A stretch of 10,474 nt of DNA from Synechococcales cyanobacterium VAR_4_metabat_354 (lineage in GTDB: Bacteria; Cyanobacteriota; Cyanobacteriia; Cyanobacteriales; Chamaesiphonaceae): assembly GCA_031414775.1 (NCBI GenBank), contig JANOQI010000003.1, positions 1 through 10,474 of the forward strand, written 5' to 3'. The notes under the pieces were generated by a model. The model was not told the origin of the DNA. It was given only the letters and a program-made list of their open reading frames with translations, and did not search any database. A program made the position numbers and the translations under genes. Position 1 is the stretch's first letter; each line of letters starts with the position of its first letter. Below are positions 1 through 8,538 of the stretch, piece after piece.

Positions 1-72
1 CGGCCAACATTTTGAGGAAAGTAGCGGTAACTTTAGGGCTATGCCTTGAGGGAATCAGTAGTGGCGCATTGA

Positions 73-1044
73 CTACGCCTTTGAGAGTCCGAATATGGGC
101 TGTTCAAGAATCTCAGCGGCTTCAGCCCTGAGAGTGTCAAAACCCTTCCAACTCACCCCATAGGGCGGGTTAGCAATCACTACATCAAATTCATCGTTAT
201 AAAACTTGTCATCTACCAACGTATTGCCATGCTCAATCTTAGAATCCACCCGAAAACGACTTTCAATCTTCGCCAACGCATACAGCGCATCATTCCAGTC
301 TTGGCCAAAGGTTTGAGTTAACCGCTGCGATCGTTCATGAATCCGATCCTCCACCCCAAACAGCAAATTCCCCCCACCACAGGTACAGTCATAGATTTTG
401 AGAAGGCGATCGGACTCCTCAATCTTCGAGGCAATAATCTCCGCAATCAGCCCGATCACATCATCCGGCGTATACTGCTCCCCCGCCGTCTCCGCCGAAA
501 TGTCTGCCCAGCGCCGCTTAATATGCTCCTCCAGTGTCGTAATCGCCGAATTGTCAAAAGGCTTCAGGTCAATCCCACTCCACTCCTTCGTATAGCCCAA
601 CAGCACCTTCTTCGCCTTCAGCTTCGACACCACTCCTTTAATATCTAGAAACTTCTCGCCCTCAGCCGCATCCACCCCCAACAAATCCTTCGTCTCTCCA
701 TCAAAACCCCGCAAATACGCCTCAAAGTCCACATCAAAGGACTTATCATTGGTGCAAATATCCTTCAGCGTCTGATTTTTCTCAAAAATAAACTTGTTAT
801 AGCCCTGCCCCTTATCTTCAATCAAGGCGATCAAGTCCTCCGGCGCAATCTCAGCCAACGCCGCTGCTCCGATCTCCGCCTTCAGCTCATCAAACATCCG
901 CACCAAACGGCTCTCGATCATCACCAAGGCAAAAAACGGCATCATGTATGATGGCCATTCCGACTCCTTAATGCCACTGCCTCGCAGTAGGTCAGCCGTC
1001 GCCCAGATCTTCGATTCGTATTGGAGGATGTTGCTCGTTACCAT
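73..1044 (-). pseudogene. hsdM: Type I restriction-modification M subunit (N6-adenine MTase), probably C-terminally truncated or internally deleted
   Basis: HsdM N-terminus (IWATADLLRG, MMPFFAL), ETAGEQYTP, SAM-binding motif I variant YDCTCGGG, FGQD, catalytic NPPY (nt 160-171). Only 323 aa, ending 28 residues after NPPY, whereas HsdM is normally about 500 aa or longer. Confidence 0.8.
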
Positions 1045-1398
1045 GTAGCCGTCTTGCGCTCAAGTTTTGTGTGAGTGTTCCTATTATGGCAACGAAAGGG
1101 AATAAACCCAAAATGCTCAGCGACTACCTAATTGGAATTATAGTATTTCCATCTTTATTGACATAACTCACCTCATATCCTGATTGATGTACAAGGAGTT
1201 AAAACAAGCCGAAAACCCTAAAACTTTTAACCAGTAGGGGTTACTGACATTCGGCAAGAACTGTTGTCCGTCAATCAGCCTCATATCACATTAAACGATT
1301 AATTACTTCACACAGTAAAGCTGAACACAGGCATAGTAAGATTGACTAGGAATGTTAGCCACTCAGGGCTAGCGGCTGATTGTGCCAGAGCTGAACAA

Positions 1399-2754
1399 AT
1401 GTCTTTTTCTAAAATCTTGATTGCCAATCGGGGCGAAATCGCCCTCCGGATCATTCGCACCTGTAGCGAAATGGGCATTGCTACCGTGGCAGTGCATTCC
1501 ACAGTCGATCGACAGGCTTTACATGTTCAGCTGGCCGACGAAGCCGTCTGTATTGGTGAACCAGCCAGCAGCAAAAGCTATCTCAACATTCCCAATATTA
1601 TTGCGGCGGCTCTAACCCGCAACGCTGGCGCCATTCATCCCGGCTATGGCTTTTTATCGGAAAACGCCCGGTTCGCCGAAATCTGCGCCGATCACCAAAT
1701 TACCTTCATTGGCCCCTCTCCATTGGCGATGCGATCGATGGGCGATAAATCCACCGCCAAGGACACCATGAAGCGGGTTGGAGTCCCCACTATTCCCGGC
1801 AGCGAAGGTTTACTAGAAACCGAAGATGAGGCTTTGGTAGTGGCTGCCCAAGTTGGCTACCCCCTGATGATTAAAGCCACCGCCGGTGGTGGTGGACGCG
1901 GGATGCGGTTAGTGCGCGAAGAAAGCGACCTGGTGCGGATGTATCGGGCAGCACAGGGTGAGGCGGAAGCGGCCTTTGGCAATGGTGGTGTGTACATCGA
2001 GCGCTTTGTCGAAAGACCGCGCCATGTGGAAATCCAAATTTTGGCCGATAATTTCGGCAATGTGGTGCATCTAGGCGAGCGGGACTGTTCTATTCAGCGC
2101 CGTCACCAAAAGCTCCTGGAAGAAGCCCCCAGCCCCGCCGTAACTCCCGAAATCCGCGCGAAGATGGGTGCGGCGGCGATCGCGGCAGCTAAATCGATTA
2201 ATTACACGGGCGCTGGCACGGTCGAGTTTCTACTTGACAATCAAGGTAACTTCTACTTCATGGAAATGAACACCCGGATTCAGGTAGAGCATCCGGTGAC
2301 TGAGATGATTACTGGGATTGATTTAATTGCTGAACAAATTCGGATTGCCCAAGGCTATCCTTTATCTTTTACCCAAGAACAAGTCACAATCAAAGGCCAT
2401 GCGATCGAATGTCGGGTCAATGCCGAAGATCCGGAGCATAACTTTAGGCCGCATCCCGGCAAAATCAGTGGCTATTTGGCTCCCGGTGGTCCCGGTGTGC
2501 GGATGGATTCGCACATTTACACCGACTATGAAATTCCGCCTTACTATGATTCTTTGATTGGTAAGCTCATTGTGTGGGGTGTCGATCGAGACATGGCTAT
2601 TAAAAGAATGAGACGAGCGCTGCGGGAATGTGCTATCACTGGTGTCCCAACCACGATCAACTTCCATCAACGAGTTCTCGAAAACCCGGCCTTTTTGGCT
2701 GGTGAAGTCTACACCAACTTCATTGAAGAGATGATGAATCAGAATTCTATTTGA
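1399..2754 (+). CDS. accC: Acetyl-CoA carboxylase, biotin carboxylase subunit (451 aa)
   Basis: [75 protein letters not shown]. Start placed at ATG 1399 ([12 protein letters not shown]) rather than TTG 1342. Confidence 0.97.
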   Translation: MSFSKILIANRGEIALRIIRTCSEMGIATVAVHSTVDRQALHVQLADEAVCIGEPASSKSYLNIPNIIAAALTRNAGAIHPGYGFLSENARFAEICADHQITFIGPSPLAMRSMGDKSTAKDTMKRVGVPTIPGSEGLLETEDEALVVAAQVGYPLMIKATAGGGGRGMRLVREESDLVRMYRAAQGEAEAAFGNGGVYIERFVERPRHVEIQILADNFGNVVHLGERDCSIQRRHQKLLEEAPSPAVTPEIRAKMGAAAIAAAKSINYTGAGTVEFLLDNQGNFYFMEMNTRIQVEHPVTEMITGIDLIAEQIRIAQGYPLSFTQEQVTIKGHAIECRVNAEDPEHNFRPHPGKISGYLAPGGPGVRMDSHIYTDYEIPPYYDSLIGKLIVWGVDRDMAIKRMRRALRECAITGVPTTINFHQRVLENPAFLAGEVYTNFIEEMMNQNSI

Positions 2755-2756
2755 AA

Positions 2757-2800
2757 AAGCAAAAGCGGCCAAGAATCGATTTTCTTGGCCGCTTTTGCTT
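2757..2800. terminator. Probable bidirectional intrinsic terminator between convergent accC and tRNA-Arg
   Basis: Perfect 19-bp inverted repeat AAGCAAAAGCGGCCAAGAA (2757-2775) / TTCTTGGCCGCTTTTGCTT (2782-2800) with a 6-nt loop. A/T runs give U-rich tails on both strands. Confidence 0.85.
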
Positions 2801-2805
2801 AACGA

Positions 2806-2878
2806 TGAGCAAGGAGGGATTCGAACCCCCGACCTTCTGATCCGTAGTCAGAAGCTCTATCCACTGAGCTACTTGCCC
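2806..2878 (-). tRNA. trnR: tRNA-Arg, anticodon ACG (CCA not encoded)
   Basis: Reverse complement GGGCAAG TAGCTCAGTGGATAGAGC T TCTGA CTACGGA TCAGA AGGTC GGGGG TTCGAAT CCCTC CTTGCTC A folds into a full cloverleaf with a TTCGAAT T-loop. Confidence 0.97.
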
Positions 2879-2891
2879 TAGCGCGGTTCTC

Positions 2892-2921
2892 ACTATAACA
2901 CGGGTATTCTTATAAATGCAA
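2892..2921 (-). promoter_or_regulatory. Putative sigma70-type promoter of tRNA-Arg
   Basis: Minus strand TTGCAT (2921-2916), 18 nt, then TATAGT (2897-2892) preceded by TGn, 13 nt upstream of the mature tRNA 5' end. Confidence 0.55.
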
Positions 2922-3410
2922 AACAATTTTCCTGACAACCAACTTACTCACCTCAATGCCTCTGGCGAAGCCCGGATGGTCGATGTGGCGGATAAAGTGA
3001 TTACTAAGCGGACTGCTACCGCTGAAGCCTGCGTAAAAATGTCGATCGGTACTTGGGAAGCGATCGAAGGCGGGAATAGCCCCAAGGGCGATGTGCTAGC
3101 CACTGTGCGGATTGCTGGCATTATGGCCGCCAAACAAACCGCTAACCTGATTCCGCTATGTCATCCGCTGCCGATTAGTAAGGTCGTAATCGAAATCATT
3201 AGCGACCCGCAGCTCCCTGGCTACCGTATTCAGGCTACCGTCAAGATTGAAGGCAAAACGGGGGTAGAGATGGAAGCCCTGACGGCAGCAACCGTGAGTG
3301 CCTTGACTTTGTATGATATGGCTAAAGCTTTGGAGAAGTCGATCGAGATTACCCAAGTTCGGCTTCTCAGTAAAACAGGCGGTAAATCTGGCAGTTATGA
3401 AGCTGGCTGA
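2916..3410 (+). CDS. moaC: Cyclic pyranopterin monophosphate synthase MoaC
   Basis: [48 protein letters not shown]. Confidence 0.97.
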   Translation: MQNNFPDNQLTHLNASGEARMVDVADKVITKRTATAEACVKMSIGTWEAIEGGNSPKGDVLATVRIAGIMAAKQTANLIPLCHPLPISKVVIEIISDPQLPGYRIQATVKIEGKTGVEMEALTAATVSALTLYDMAKALEKSIEITQVRLLSKTGGKSGSYEAG

Positions 3411-3415
3411 ACACA

Positions 3416-6400
3416 TTAGTGTTTGACATCAATTCGCAGCAACATGGCATCTAGAGACAATCTGAGGGAATAAGCTTGGGCTTTTTCCACGGGTAATAAG
3501 CCCAAATTAGTAGTGTCGTTTACTAGGCTAGTGACATATTCATCGATCGGGAGTTTGGATCGATCGCCCTCGGCATAGTCCTTCAGAACTTTTTGGACAG
3601 CTTTGTTTTCTTTCCAGCTATCTAAAATACTTATGGCTTTTTTGATTTGTGGTTTTGTTATGCCTACTGGAATGCTATCTAGCTCCGCAATCCGATTATT
3701 AATTTTGTTGAGGCGTTCAGATCTACCATTTGTAAGATCGACTGGATTCGATACTCTCAGACCAGCTTCTAAGAATCGCTTGAACTGGACTAACCCTTGA
3801 TAAATTGATGATAACTGGGCTAGGGTTTGCTCATAAGAGATGGTTTGGTGTAGTTCTGTGGTACGAATAGCCATAGCGATCGCTTGTCCATAGCCATCTT
3901 GCTCAGCAGTAATATCGTTCCAAAATACTTTCCTTTGCTGGTCAGTAATCAGGTTGTGATTGGGGTCAAAATACTGAAGGGTCAAAGCCAGTAAACCCCT
4001 TGATTCTGCCTCGCCGGTGGTATGTCCCATTGTGATGGGTTTGGCTTGGTAGTCATCACCTAATTTGGTGATGAGTCTCTGGATATCGCTGCTGTAAAGG
4101 AGTTCTTGTTGAGTATAGAGATTTTGAGCAACATCTAGTTTTTGAGCAGCTTCTTCTTGGAAGTTGCCTTGTTGTAAATCTCTGGCTTGCACCAAATTTT
4201 GGATGAAATCTACATAACCGGGTAGGATGGCATCATCAAAGAGGGTGTCACCATAAACAGAAGCTCCCAAATTGCCCACGCTGGTAAATTCATGAATTTC
4301 ATCGTTGGGCTGTGCGAGGTCGCCGACTAACTTGCGGTTGAGATTTTGGAGGCGGCTGGCTTGGCGCAGTAGCTGGCTTTCGCTGTTGGCATAGTAGATG
4401 TGGATATATTTGGTGGGCTGGTGTTTGGGTCGATCGATGCGGCCAATGCGTTGCTCTAAAATCATCGGATTCCAAGGAAGATCGATGTTGATGAGGTAGT
4501 TGGCATCTTGGAGATTTTGACCGATCGAGAGGGTTTCGGAGCCAATCAAGACCATTAATTCTTGATCAGATGGCGGGCGATCGGCAGGCTTTCGGCAAGT
4601 GGCGATCGGGGCGAATAGCCGAAACAATTCCTGGCGTTTAAGTGTGGTGTTGCATGTTTGGCCCTTGCAAGAACGGTGAGGTGCAAAAGTAACTACACCA
4701 TCATCACTGTGATATTGCTTAGTAGCTCCGATTGCCAACCCAATTCCAGCTTCAGCAATGTCTGAGTCTTTGGCCATGTAGCTAAAGTAGTCAATTACAG
4801 TGTCTGAGAAAGTAGAAATCAGTAGTACTTTATGGCCTGCGGCTGTCAGTTCACGCACTTTTTGAGTCACCTGTTCGCGTTTGTGATCTTTGATAAATTC
4901 AGTGGTGAGTAGCTTCTGGATTTCGTCTAGTTGTTGCAGGTCACTTTCACAGTATTGCAATAGCAGACTATGAATTTTTTTGGCTTCATCGTTGTTCAAC
5001 TGATCGATCGCCTGTTCAATTTGATTTCTGAGTCTTTGACGACTATTCGTTTCCTGATCGGTTGCCGCTTCATCGTCATCTTCGATTTCCTCTTCATCCC
5101 ACATTTCTAATTGGTCAGATGATAAGCTGCGCCAAGCAGATGCTTCTCGGTCAGATTTGCCAGAACTAGTGGGATTTAGTTTGTAATGCTGGAGTAAAAA
5201 CTCTAGTAGTCCGTCAGTGTTGGGGTTACAACAATGCAACTCTTCTTGCATCAATTCAATTTTGGTGCGGAAGTTGATGATAGTCCGCGCTAGGGCATAC
5301 ATGCTAGATTCTGCTCGTTGGAGAAAAAAGCGGCGCTGGTTTTGCAACAATCCCCGTTGTTCACCGCTACCAGTAAAGTAACGAACTGGGTCGGAGAAAG
5401 GGATGAAAAGCTTTTCCTCGAACTGGCTAAAGATTTTATCTAGAGCCTGTTCGGTTTTTTCTTCAAAGTTGACTGGGAGCCAGGAGGCTTGGCGACTGGC
5501 GTAAACATTTAAATCGGGTGTTGCCAACCGCAGCATTTGGCGGGTGCGCTGTAAAAACAGCTTGCCATAAACTCGTCGGAAGACATCAGTATTGTCGGTG
5601 AAGTTGCGGAGACCGATATCACGGTTCTGGAACCACTGGACTATTTCGGCTGGAAATCCTAATTCTTTGAAGGCTTCAGGGTGAGAGAGAAATGGCTTCA
5701 GAATATTATAAATATCGTCGCGGCGGTTATTCCAAGGGGTGGCGGTAAGTAGTAAGTAGTGGCGCTGTTTACCAGCAAGTCGATCGCGCTCTTGAATTTC
5801 TAAACAGGTGCGGTGAATGCGATTGGTGTGATTGCGAATGCCTTCATGGGCTTCGTCGATAATGACTAAATCACCGCCGCCATAGCGACTAAAATCGTCA
5901 ATAAAACCTTTTCCTTTCCGACTCATCAGGTTTTTGTTGTAGATTTCGTAGTCCCGATCACCAAAATCTAGTTCGGTCATTTCCCGCTTCCAGTTGTCGT
6001 GGAGTTTCTGGGCAGCCACGATCGAGATATTAGCTTGGGGATTAATTTGGCGATATAAGCGGGCAACAGCGGCGGCTAGCCGAGTTTTACCTAAACCAAC
6101 GGCATCAGCACAAACAGCTACGCCAAAATCTTGCATGATCTGGAGACATTGCTGTGCGCCTGATTTTTGATGTTCAAACAAAATTCCTTGGTTGGTGAGT
6201 TCTTCTAGGTCAGAGCTTTGCTCAATGCGAAACTGTTGAGGACGCTGTTGGGCAAGCCAGTAGAGGAAATCTTGGGGTTGACCATGTTGACCACTTAGGA
6301 TGATTTCGACGGCTTTTTTGAAGCCAGAAATTTCGGGGAATTCAGGAATTTCTAACGTGGGTTGAACGATCGGAGGCTGGGGTGGTTGAATGACATAGAT

Positions 6401-7663
6401 GCCGGTGGTGGTTGTGACTACAAAGTTTTTGATGGATTGGGGCGGATGATCGGGAGCAACAGTAATATCAGCTTTGATCTGCTGCGGGGTTTGACTAGTG
6501 ATCGTGATATCAACCAGGTGATCATCGCTAGCTTGGAGGTTGGTAACTTGATCGAGGTTGTCGCCGATGATCGATACGGTGTTAAGACCTGGAGTGAGGA
6601 TGTCGGGTGCGATGCTGTCGATCTGAGGCTGCTGGGTTTGGCTGCGGCGTTGTTTTTCGGCAAGTACTTGTTGCAGAAAGTCTTGGTTGAGGTCGTAGGC
6701 AAAGTTGGGCTTAGTCCATTCTTCATCGAATTCTTGGATGAATTCTAAAATGCTCGATCGATCGCTTTCTGATACCCAAGAACGTAAAAATAGACAGCGT
6801 TCAAAGTTTCGGGAGTGAGCAGCAACGGTGAAGTTATTGGAGCCTTCATGTAGAGCGTGATTGTCTTTGCTGTCGCTGAAGATGCCGGTTTTACTATGGT
6901 AGATGCCACGTCCACCTTCCATTTTGACTAGCTTGATTTCGAGGAATCCTAGACGGATCAGTTCGGCTAAAATCTCAGTCCCCGAAAAACTGCTTTCTTC
7001 TAGTCCGGCTAAAAATTCTTGCAGGGTGCGCTGAATAAACTGGGTGGGGTTGCTAGTGTCGTAGAGTTGTTCGAGAGCGATGATGTCTTTTTCTTTGGTG
7101 AAGCCCCGCCAATCCATCAGTAACTGGATGCGGCCATTTGATTGTAAGAATTCTTGCAGGGGGCCTTCGTAGAATTTGAGCAGTCCGCTATCGAAGTAGG
7201 CAGTGGCGCGACGGTAGATGGTGCTGTGTTGGAGTAGTTGATTGATGATGGTTTGATATTCGGCTTGGTCTTCGGGCAAGTTGTAATGACCTTTGATATT
7301 TTCGATACCCCGAAAGTTGTTGGAGAGCAGAGCTTTGTTTTTGACTCTCTCGATTTCTTGCAGGAATTGAGTGATTAGAGAGATAGCACCAGTCCGCAGG
7401 ATGGCGAAGGAGGGAATATCACCAGGATTTTTGGGGGCGTAGGTGATGATGTAGCCGGTGCGTTCATCGATCCTAATTATTTTGTGGGTGGTGTGTTGGT
7501 TGCGAAAGCCCAGGAACCGAATGACGTTTTTGAGTAAGCTGTCGGCATCTTGGTGTTTGAAGACGAGCCAGTATTGATTATCAATGCCCCGAATGGGTGT
7601 GCCTTGGAGTTGGTAGTAGGGGCGCTGACTGGCAATGAGGTCTTGGATGTCTTGTTCACGCAT
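3416..7663 (-). CDS. PLD-family nuclease / IPT-TIG-like domain / SNF2-type SF2 helicase fusion, 1415 aa; putative defence or restriction enzyme
   Basis: PLD: YRRATAYF, H256-S-K258-TGIFS-D264, G274SNN. Helicase: LFEHQ (Q motif), ADAVGLGKT (519-527), DEAH (603-606), TATP (640-643), KVLLISTF, GQNLQ, DLPWNP, QRIGRIDR (from 1071). Beta-rich insert at about aa 346-427. Confidence 0.88.
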   Translation of the reverse strand: MREQDIQDLIASQRPYYQLQGTPIRGIDNQYWLVFKHQDADSLLKNVIRFLGFRNQHTTHKIIRIDERTGYIITYAPKNPGDIPSFAILRTGAISLITQFLQEIERVKNKALLSNNFRGIENIKGHYNLPEDQAEYQTIINQLLQHSTIYRRATAYFDSGLLKFYEGPLQEFLQSNGRIQLLMDWRGFTKEKDIIALEQLYDTSNPTQFIQRTLQEFLAGLEESSFSGTEILAELIRLGFLEIKLVKMEGGRGIYHSKTGIFSDSKDNHALHEGSNNFTVAAHSRNFERCLFLRSWVSESDRSSILEFIQEFDEEWTKPNFAYDLNQDFLQQVLAEKQRRSQTQQPQIDSIAPDILTPGLNTVSIIGDNLDQVTNLQASDDHLVDITITSQTPQQIKADITVAPDHPPQSIKNFVVTTTTGIYVIQPPQPPIVQPTLEIPEFPEISGFKKAVEIILSGQHGQPQDFLYWLAQQRPQQFRIEQSSDLEELTNQGILFEHQKSGAQQCLQIMQDFGVAVCADAVGLGKTRLAAAVARLYRQINPQANISIVAAQKLHDNWKREMTELDFGDRDYEIYNKNLMSRKGKGFIDDFSRYGGGDLVIIDEAHEGIRNHTNRIHRTCLEIQERDRLAGKQRHYLLLTATPWNNRRDDIYNILKPFLSHPEAFKELGFPAEIVQWFQNRDIGLRNFTDNTDVFRRVYGKLFLQRTRQMLRLATPDLNVYASRQASWLPVNFEEKTEQALDKIFSQFEEKLFIPFSDPVRYFTGSGEQRGLLQNQRRFFLQRAESSMYALARTIINFRTKIELMQEELHCCNPNTDGLLEFLLQHYKLNPTSSGKSDREASAWRSLSSDQLEMWDEEEIEDDDEAATDQETNSRQRLRNQIEQAIDQLNNDEAKKIHSLLLQYCESDLQQLDEIQKLLTTEFIKDHKREQVTQKVRELTAAGHKVLLISTFSDTVIDYFSYMAKDSDIAEAGIGLAIGATKQYHSDDGVVTFAPHRSCKGQTCNTTLKRQELFRLFAPIATCRKPADRPPSDQELMVLIGSETLSIGQNLQDANYLINIDLPWNPMILEQRIGRIDRPKHQPTKYIHIYYANSESQLLRQASRLQNLNRKLVGDLAQPNDEIHEFTSVGNLGASVYGDTLFDDAILPGYVDFIQNLVQARDLQQGNFQEEAAQKLDVAQNLYTQQELLYSSDIQRLITKLGDDYQAKPITMGHTTGEAESRGLLALTLQYFDPNHNLITDQQRKVFWNDITAEQDGYGQAIAMAIRTTELHQTISYEQTLAQLSSIYQGLVQFKRFLEAGLRVSNPVDLTNGRSERLNKINNRIAELDSIPVGITKPQIKKAISILDSWKENKAVQKVLKDYAEGDRSKLPIDEYVTSLVNDTTNLGLLPVEKAQAYSLRLSLDAMLLRIDVKH

Positions 7664-7792
7664 GGGATGGACCGCTGCTCGGGGTAAGGATTGGTTCGCT
7701 TACAGTTATTTATCCCCATTGGCATAGATTATTGCACTGATGATTTCGATCGAATGCCATAATAGTAATCGAATTGATAGAAACCCAAGTTT

Positions 7793-7954
7793 ATGAGCGA
7801 TCTAGATCCAGTTTTGAAGGCCAGAGACAATCTGCTCGCAGATATTTGCCGCAAAGTAGCAGTGGCTGAACTTGATAGAGGCGAGGGCGTTGATTTAGAT
7901 GTGGTTGTAGAACAATTACGGCAGAAGTTTCAATCTGCAAAGGAAGGTGTTTAA
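7793..7954 (+). CDS. 53-aa ParD-like antitoxin fragment (C-terminal part only; possible pseudogene); below the ORF-track cutoff
   Basis: Hand translation MSDLDPVLKARDNLLADICRKVAVAELDRGEGVDLDVVVEQLRQKFQSAKEGV. The ELDRGEGVD..V..QLR segment resembles ParD-family C-termini. Stop overlaps the next ATG (TAATG). Confidence 0.55.
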   Translation: MSDLDPVLKARDNLLADICRKVAVAELDRGEGVDLDVVVEQLRQKFQSAKEGV

Positions 7955-8304
7955 TGAATACTGCATTAGTAGAATCGATTATTCAAATGGTTGAAAATCT
8001 CCCTGCCGCCGAAAGGGATTTAGTTAAACACAAGTTATCTGCTCCTGCTATTTTTGGCGAAGGTCAATCTGAAAGTGCGATCGAGTTAACGTTGGATGAG
8101 CGTCGAGCTTTCCTTAAAAAACCTTTATCAGAGCGACGATCCGTTCTTGCCCAGCAAGCAGAGAAAATGCTACCCCATTACCAGTCGTCAGATGAATGGA
8201 GAGAGTTAATGGCTGGGGATATTATTGATGACTACGCAAACTTATCAGCCTTCAACAAGCTCAATTTTAATGCGCTTGCCCAAAATGCTGGCTGCTTTGC
8301 CTAG
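7954..8304 (+). CDS. Hypothetical cyanobacterial antitoxin-like protein with a read-through tail
   Basis: Translationally coupled to the upstream ORF, purine-rich AGGAAGG before the ATG. RRAFLKKPLSERRSVLAQQAE..W..GDIID resembles TA-associated hypothetical proteins (from recall). The last 60 nt overlap the convergent HTH gene. Confidence 0.6.
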   Translation: MNTALVESIIQMVENLPAAERDLVKHKLSAPAIFGEGQSESAIELTLDERRAFLKKPLSERRSVLAQQAEKMLPHYQSSDEWRELMAGDIIDDYANLSAFNKLNFNALAQNAGCFA

Positions 8305-8538
8305 AGTGTTGAGAGTGACAGAAGTATTTTCGGGGTCGAGGAGCCGATCGACTGCGGCGCGGCTGGTGCCCATTGCTTTAGCTACGCTGGTTTTGGTCAT
8401 TTGCTTTGATGTAATTTCTTGCTGAAGCTGCCAAGCAATGACTCTTTTGATAGCAATTTCATTAGCTTTTGTGAGTAAGTCCTCTGCTGCCAAACAGCCA
8501 TCAAAAGCAGAGCCGATATGGGGATTGGGACTTTTCAT
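8245..8538 (-). CDS. XRE/HTH antitoxin-type transcriptional regulator (HigA-like)
   Basis: NPHIGS, AIKRVIAWQL, HTH TKTSVAKAMGTSRAAVDRLLDP, SVTLNTL.KAA..LGKRIKIELV. GGAG RBS and ATGA overlap with the vapC stop. Confidence 0.85.
   Translation of the reverse strand: MKSPNPHIGSAFDGCLAAEDLLTKANEIAIKRVIAWQLQQEITSKQMTKTSVAKAMGTSRAAVDRLLDPENTSVTLNTLGKAASILGKRIKIELVEG

Noticed and set aside
73..1044. hsdM as the cognate methyltransferase of the PLD-helicase
   Set aside because: It is separated by three housekeeping genes, is truncated, and belongs to type I systems that use HsdR/HsdS.
1208..1258. GCCGAA...TTCGGC imperfect inverted repeat and CTGACATTCGGCA, a possible IS terminal remnant
   Set aside because: Pairing is weak, there is no partner end or transposase fragment, and it cannot be supported without a search.
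1342..1398. 19-aa N-terminal extension of AccC from TTG 1342
   Set aside because: AccC homology begins at [12 protein letters not shown] (ATG 1399); the extension is an ORF-caller artefact.
2806..2878. tRNA-Arg as an island integration site
   Set aside because: Its 3' end faces accC directly; no integrase and no duplicated tRNA 3' end were seen in the window.
2747..2938. 63-aa minus-strand ORF
   Set aside because: It overlies the tRNA and the terminator.
4590..4680. His/Cys cluster (HRSCKGQTC...ATC) in the helicase C-lobe as a zinc site
   Set aside because: The spacing fits no zinc-binding pattern I recognise; conservation data would be needed.
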